This document shows positions 58,923 to 64,000 of a DNA stretch of 64,000 bases, piece after piece. Each line of letters begins with the position of its first letter. Position 1 is the first letter of the stretch. The stretch lies in NCBI GenBank assembly GCA_963833125.1, contig CAWHWX010000034.1, positions 43,840 through 107,839 of the forward strand, given 5' to 3'. Below the pieces are notes generated by a model that worked only from the letters and a program-made list of their open reading frames with translations, did not search any database and was not told where the DNA came from. This DNA comes from Candidatus Bathyarchaeota archaeon (lineage in GTDB: Archaea; Thermoproteota; Bathyarchaeia; 40CM-2-53-6). The position numbers and the translations under genes were made by a program.

Positions 58923-60391
58923 TTGTTAATGCAGCTTCTTCAGATCTTACTAGTTCCGCTGGTTTTCGTTTTCATCACATACTTCGCAGGAGTCCGTTGG
59001 GGAGCTAAGGCTGGTTGGCTTGCTTTCGTTGCTCTGGGCTACTCTACATTTCTAACTTTGCTGGCTGGATCGCAAGGTGGTGTTCAGGAATTTTACAATT
59101 GGCAACCTATCGGACACTTTGGCCTCAACGCCGACGGGCTCAGTGTACCGATCCTGTTCACAATCGCCTTGCTCTGCACGCTCATTTCGATTTACTCGAT
59201 GCCTTACATGAATCACATCATTGGGGAGGATAAGCGACAGTTCGGTTTGTACTACGCTCTACTCTTGCTCTATTCAGTTGGAATGATGGGTGCAGTTCTA
59301 GCCACGAATCTGATCGAATTCTATCTCTTCTTCGAACTCATGTTGGTCCCCTCGTACTTTCTCATTGCCAAATGGGGGTATGGGGAGAGAGACCGGATTT
59401 CCTTCATGTATTTCATGTGGACTCACATAGGCGCCTTAGCTTTCTTGGTTGGAATCCTGTCAATTGGTTACCTTTCTGGAAGTTTTGACCTCGCTACGAT
59501 AATCACACAAACGATTCCAACTAACCTGCGAGCGCTAATCGTCATCTTGATGGTTGCCGGACTTCTGGTGAAGATGGCTGCGTTTGGATTGCATATATGG
59601 CTGCCAAATACTCATGCGGAAGCGCCCACACCAATCAGTGCCTTACTATCGCCGGCGATGATCGGGATAGGAGGCTACGCGATCGTCCGGCTCGTAATGT
59701 CAATCCTGCCTACTGCATTCTTTGCGATTTCGACTGCGCTCACCGTCTGGGCTGTGGTTACGATGTTTTACGGTGGGCTCATGGCGCTGATGCAAGACGA
59801 CATCAAACGACTGCTTGCATATTCGAGTATCAGTCAGATGGGGTACATTCTTCTGGGCATATCCTCAGTTCAGATGCTCGGAGTTTCTGGAGCCATGTTC
59901 CAGTACGTAACTCATGGCCTCGGGAAGGGGATCTTGTTCATGATGGCCGGAGCTATTATGCTGCAGGCTCATGGGCTTCGAAGCATTGGCAAGATGGGAG
60001 GATTAGCCTCCAAAATGCCAATCACAGCCACAGCCGCCCTCCTCGGTTTTCTAACCATCATGGGCATACCACCCACAACCGGGTTCTTCTCCGAATTCCT
60101 AATTTTCGAAGGAGCATTCAAAGAAGCCTTCGCTTTGACTTCGATGTTCAGATTCGCGTTGTCGTTCTTGGGCGTCGTCTCTACCGCGATTACCCGGGCT
60201 ATTGCCTCTGGGCCGTTAAGCGAATCTTCTTCGGTAAACTCCCGGATGAGCTGAGCAACGTGACTGAAGCCCCAGCGACGGTACTTGGCCCCATGATTGT
60301 CCTCGCAGTGATATCTCTCATATTGGGTATCTACCCCGATTTGGTAGAACGACTGCTTCTCCCAGCCGTGAAGATGATAGTTGGAGGTTGA
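58923..60391 (+). CDS. nuoM: Complex I-like antiporter subunit M, first copy (frameshift near 60193)
   Basis: DGLS, FYLFFELMLVP, HIWLPNTHAEAPTPIS, LLAYSSISQMG, GFFSEF. Confidence 0.85.
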
Positions 60392-62489
60392 ACTGATGTT
60401 CGAAATTTTCGGCTGGTTGACGTTCGGTTTTCCATTCATCGGCGCAGTTCTGACCCCACTCTTTGGGATGGTTCATCCTAAGCTGAGAGATTATGGCGCT
60501 GTGGCGTTCTCATTTCTCGGCGCCGTTTCTGCAGGGCTTTTGGCACCTCTGATTATGTCGGGCTCGACGCAGGATCTTCAGGTAAGTTGGATTGCGAGCC
60601 TAGGTATCAACGCAGGCGTTCTTCTGGACCCGCTTAGCATAATCATGGCCAACGTAGTTGCTTGGGTCAGTTTCCTGATAATGGTCTACAGCCTCGCCTA
60701 CATGCATGGGGAAGAGGGGTTGTCTCGTTACTGGTTTTTCATGAACTTCTTCATCGGGAGCATGCTCCTTCTTGTTATGTCCGATAACCTTCTCCAACTC
60801 TTCTTCGGTTGGGAGGGCGTCGGCCTCTGCTCATACGCCCTGATCGGGCATTGGTACAAGGACCCCTTAGACAAATGGGTTGGCACGATCGGCGATAAGT
60901 CGTTGGGTGTCCCGATGGCATACTCGCCCAGCCACGCGGGAATGAAAGCACTCATTGTAACCCGAATTGGCGATATCGGGCTACTGATCGCGATCTTCAT
61001 GATCTACGCGTACTCAGGCACTTTGAATTTCGTTCAACTTACACAGAACGTTTCATGGGCTCTTCCCTTAGCCCAAGCTGGGCTATTGGTTCCACTCGCT
61101 TTGCTCTTCTTCTGGGGACCGATCGGTAAGTCGGCGCAGTTTCCGCTTCACGAATGGCTGCCGGACGCGATGGCGGGTCCCACATCCGTTTCAGCGCTTA
61201 TTCATGCGGCAACAATGGTAACTGCAGGAGTATATCTTGCCGGTCGGGCTGGACCAATGTTCTACAACATTGTGATTCAGTATGCACAGCCGACTTTCTT
61301 CTTCGAGGCGATCGCTTGGGTTGGAGCCTTCACCTGTTTCATGGCAGCGACGCAGGCGGTGGTTTCGAAGGAACTCAAGAAACTTCTAGCCTACTCCACT
61401 ATATCCCAAATTGGCTACATGATGCTCGGAATCGGTGCCGGCGGATTAGCCTCACAGTTCGTCCTCGGCCTTACCGCAGGCATCTTCCACCTAGTAACAC
61501 ATGCACTCTTCAAAGCAGCCGCCTTCCTAGCGGCTGGGGCCATACTCCACGCCGTAGAGTCGAGATTCATGGGTGACATGGGCGGGCTTCGTCACTCTAT
61601 GAAAATTACCTTCGCCGCCATGATCATCTCCTTGCTTGCACTTTCAGGTGTGCCACCCCTGAGCGGTTTCTGGAGCAAAGATGCCGTAATCACCGCAACC
61701 GTCCTAACCGGACAATTACCACTCATGCTGTTGGCATGGGGAACTGTTGCATTGACGTTCCTCTACAGCCTCAAAGTAATTGGTTTGGTATTCTGGTCCA
61801 CGAAAAGTGAACACGTTAGGAAGCTGGAGGAAGAGGGACACCACATTCACGAGGCACCAGCCCTGATGTGGGTTCCATACGTTATCTTGGCTGTAGCAAC
61901 AGTTGCAATCGGTTTGATAGGCCCTTACGTTGAAGCATTCATCCGCAACGCACTCACAACGGCAACTCCACTTGCCGCCGCGGCCCCAGTGTTAAACCCG
62001 GCAGTTGAGCAAAGCGCGAGCCTAACAGCCACTATCGGCTCGTTGATCATGCTTGCCGTTGGCGGTTTCTTCGGCTACATGATTTACATCTCTGGCAAAT
62101 GGAAAACGACCTCGATCGTGGGAGAGCAGGGTTTAGGGCGATCAGTCTACAATTTTCTATGGCACCGATGGTACATGAACCCCGTCTACTACCGAACATT
62201 CGTCTACGGAACCCTATCTGTTGCTGGGGCGTTGAAGAGATGGGTGGAGCTTGGGTTCTTCGATAGAATCAGCGGCGCGGTTGCGATGGCCTCAATTGGC
62301 CTTTCAAAAGACGGTGAGAGGGTCGATCTGGGGATTGTGGATGGATGGATTAACGGCACGGCCAACTTGGGGAGGAAGTTTTCTTCAACCGTTAAGCGCA
62401 TTGAGACCGGGGTTCCGGAGGAGTACGTAATGGTTTTCGCTCTAGGTTTGTTCGCGCTAATCGTTGTCGTGCTTTTCTTCCTAACTTGA
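60381..62489 (+). CDS. nuoL: Complex I-like antiporter subunit L with extended lateral helix
   Basis: GWEGVGLCSYALIG, GKSAQFPLHEWLPDAMAGPTSVSALIHAATMV, HALFKA, GFWSKD. Confidence 0.93.
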   Translation: MEVELMFEIFGWLTFGFPFIGAVLTPLFGMVHPKLRDYGAVAFSFLGAVSAGLLAPLIMSGSTQDLQVSWIASLGINAGVLLDPLSIIMANVVAWVSFLIMVYSLAYMHGEEGLSRYWFFMNFFIGSMLLLVMSDNLLQLFFGWEGVGLCSYALIGHWYKDPLDKWVGTIGDKSLGVPMAYSPSHAGMKALIVTRIGDIGLLIAIFMIYAYSGTLNFVQLTQNVSWALPLAQAGLLVPLALLFFWGPIGKSAQFPLHEWLPDAMAGPTSVSALIHAATMVTAGVYLAGRAGPMFYNIVIQYAQPTFFFEAIAWVGAFTCFMAATQAVVSKELKKLLAYSTISQIGYMMLGIGAGGLASQFVLGLTAGIFHLVTHALFKAAAFLAAGAILHAVESRFMGDMGGLRHSMKITFAAMIISLLALSGVPPLSGFWSKDAVITATVLTGQLPLMLLAWGTVALTFLYSLKVIGLVFWSTKSEHVRKLEEEGHHIHEAPALMWVPYVILAVATVAIGLIGPYVEAFIRNALTTATPLAAAAPVLNPAVEQSASLTATIGSLIMLAVGGFFGYMIYISGKWKTTSIVGEQGLGRSVYNFLWHRWYMNPVYYRTFVYGTLSVAGALKRWVELGFFDRISGAVAMASIGLSKDGERVDLGIVDGWINGTANLGRKFSSTVKRIETGVPEEYVMVFALGLFALIVVVLFFLT

Positions 62490-62499
62490 GGTAACCAGA

Positions 62500-63945
62500 G
62501 TGCAACTGCTATCGTTTCTAATCTTCGGCCCAATCGGCGGGGCTTTCGTAGTCTACATCGCAGGATTCGCGGGCGATAAAGTATCGAAAGCGCTAACAAT
62601 CATAATTGCTGCCGTGACCGTCGGAATTACGGCATACATTCTTTTGGGTTTCAACTGGAGCACCCCGGGCTTTCAATTGGTCGAGAGCTACCCCTGGGCG
62701 AAAGATTTCGGCCTCACGTATGTTGTTGGGATTGACGGCATCAGCCTGCCACTGCTGATCATCTCAACGGTGCTTACCACTCTCTCCGCGGCTGGTTCAT
62801 GGGAACAGATCAATAGCAGAGTCAAGGAGTACAACGCATTGCTGCTACTTTTCGAAGGCGCAATCGTCGGCGTCTTCACGTCGCTAAACCTGATTGCATT
62901 CTACGTCTTCTGGGAACTTGTGCTCATTCCAATGTTCTTCTTGATTGGCGTCTGGGGAGGTCCACGAAAGAGATATGCCGCCATGAAGTTCCTAATCATG
63001 ACACACGTCGGCAGCATACTTCTCCTTCTCAGCTTCATCGCACTCTATGTCTTCTCAACCCCACATACTTTCAACTTCACTGACCTTACTAACATGCACT
63101 TCCCACTCCTCATCCAGATCCTGATCTCGCTCGGGTTCTTCATTGGGTTCGGAGTGAAACTCCCTATCTTCCCGTTCCATACTTGGCTGCCTGACGCTCA
63201 CGTTGAAGCACCCGCCCCGATTAGCGTGCTACTGGCTGGGTTGCTGCTGAAGATGGGCGGTTATGGTTTCATCAGGATGAACCTGTTTCTGATGCCGGAG
63301 GCATCGAGGTTGATGGCTCCGTTTTTCATTGGCGTTGCGATTTTCACTATGTTCTACGCAGCAATCGTAGCTATGAGAGCACAAGACTTCAAGCGAATGG
63401 TCGCGTTCACGAGCATCAACCACATGGGCTACGTTCTCCTCGGCGCATTCACGCTAACAACGATTGGTGTCAGCAATGCAGTTTTTCAAATGTTCAACCA
63501 CGCCCTAGCCATAGGCGCCCTCTTCCTAATGTCGGGAGTAATCCACGAACACATGGGCACCAGGAACATTCGGGAACTTTCAGGATTGGGAAGCGCAATG
63601 CCGAAACTCAGCTTCCTACTCGTCCTTGCATCCCTCGCTGCTATGGGCTTCCCTGGGTTCAGCAATTTCATCAGCGAATACTACATACTACAAGCAGGCA
63701 TATCCGTTAACACGCTTTACACAGTTGCGGTTCTCGTTCCTGGCATAACGGCCGGTTACTTCGTCTGGATGTTACGAAGGGTCATACTGGCGCCGCTGGC
63801 GAAACCATTGGCTTCCAGAGAAGCGCCCTGGTACACCCTGCTAACTCTGGCCCTCTTCCTCATCCCACTCATCATCCTTGGCCTATACCCCGCCCCCCTC
63901 TTGCAACAAGTAATCATACCTGCAGTTCAAACCATGCCGCACTGA
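62500..63945 (+). CDS. nuoM: Complex I-like antiporter subunit M, second copy
   Basis: GIDGISL, FYVFWELVLIPM, KLPIFPFHTWLPDAHVEAP, LLKMGGYG. Confidence 0.92.
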   Translation: MQLLSFLIFGPIGGAFVVYIAGFAGDKVSKALTIIIAAVTVGITAYILLGFNWSTPGFQLVESYPWAKDFGLTYVVGIDGISLPLLIISTVLTTLSAAGSWEQINSRVKEYNALLLLFEGAIVGVFTSLNLIAFYVFWELVLIPMFFLIGVWGGPRKRYAAMKFLIMTHVGSILLLLSFIALYVFSTPHTFNFTDLTNMHFPLLIQILISLGFFIGFGVKLPIFPFHTWLPDAHVEAPAPISVLLAGLLLKMGGYGFIRMNLFLMPEASRLMAPFFIGVAIFTMFYAAIVAMRAQDFKRMVAFTSINHMGYVLLGAFTLTTIGVSNAVFQMFNHALAIGALFLMSGVIHEHMGTRNIRELSGLGSAMPKLSFLLVLASLAAMGFPGFSNFISEYYILQAGISVNTLYTVAVLVPGITAGYFVWMLRRVILAPLAKPLASREAPWYTLLTLALFLIPLIILGLYPAPLLQQVIIPAVQTMPH

Positions 63946-64000
63946 CTCCATAACCAAGCGCTCCACCAAATTCCTCGATTCGATTCCCTGTGTCGCTCTC

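Noticed and set aside
1-64000. CRISPR arrays, rRNA, transposases, integrases, ORB-type origin boxes
   Set aside because: No regularly spaced repeats or recognisable motifs were seen by eye; weak or degenerate cases could have been missed.

Overview
Gene-dense chromosomal segment of an archaeon of the TACK group, probably Bathyarchaeia-like. This assignment is inferred from TFB, Rpo12, EndA with a crenarchaeal-type loop, pantoate kinase, a crenactin-type actin and GGTGA-type ribosome-binding sites. Housekeeping content includes cofE, a K+-independent H+-pyrophosphatase, Tat, sdhAB, GlyRS, SUI1, a DRG GTPase, CoA synthesis genes, an fba-fbp-pfk-tpi cluster and the membrane arm of a complex I-like enzyme. 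About 15 genes, including probably essential ones, are split by single-base indels, most likely uncorrected sequencing errors. Highlights not evident from the ORF track: (1) a tRNA-Gln(CUG) at 37847-38007 interrupted by four bulge-helix-bulge (BHB) introns; (2) a 921-aa protein fusing two Cdc48-like AAA+ modules to a Lon-type Ser-Lys protease domain, coupled to an upstream membrane protein; (3) a crenactin plus arcadin-2-like operon next to tfb; (4) a 2M-type complex I arm (A-H-J-K-M-L-M) with a 26-aa duplication in the NuoL lateral helix and no B/C/D/I genes; (5) several unannotated microproteins, including a 37-aa Tyr/Pro-rich peptide; (6) a CTG-initiated GTPase gene. All family assignments come from motif recognition by eye; no database searches were run.
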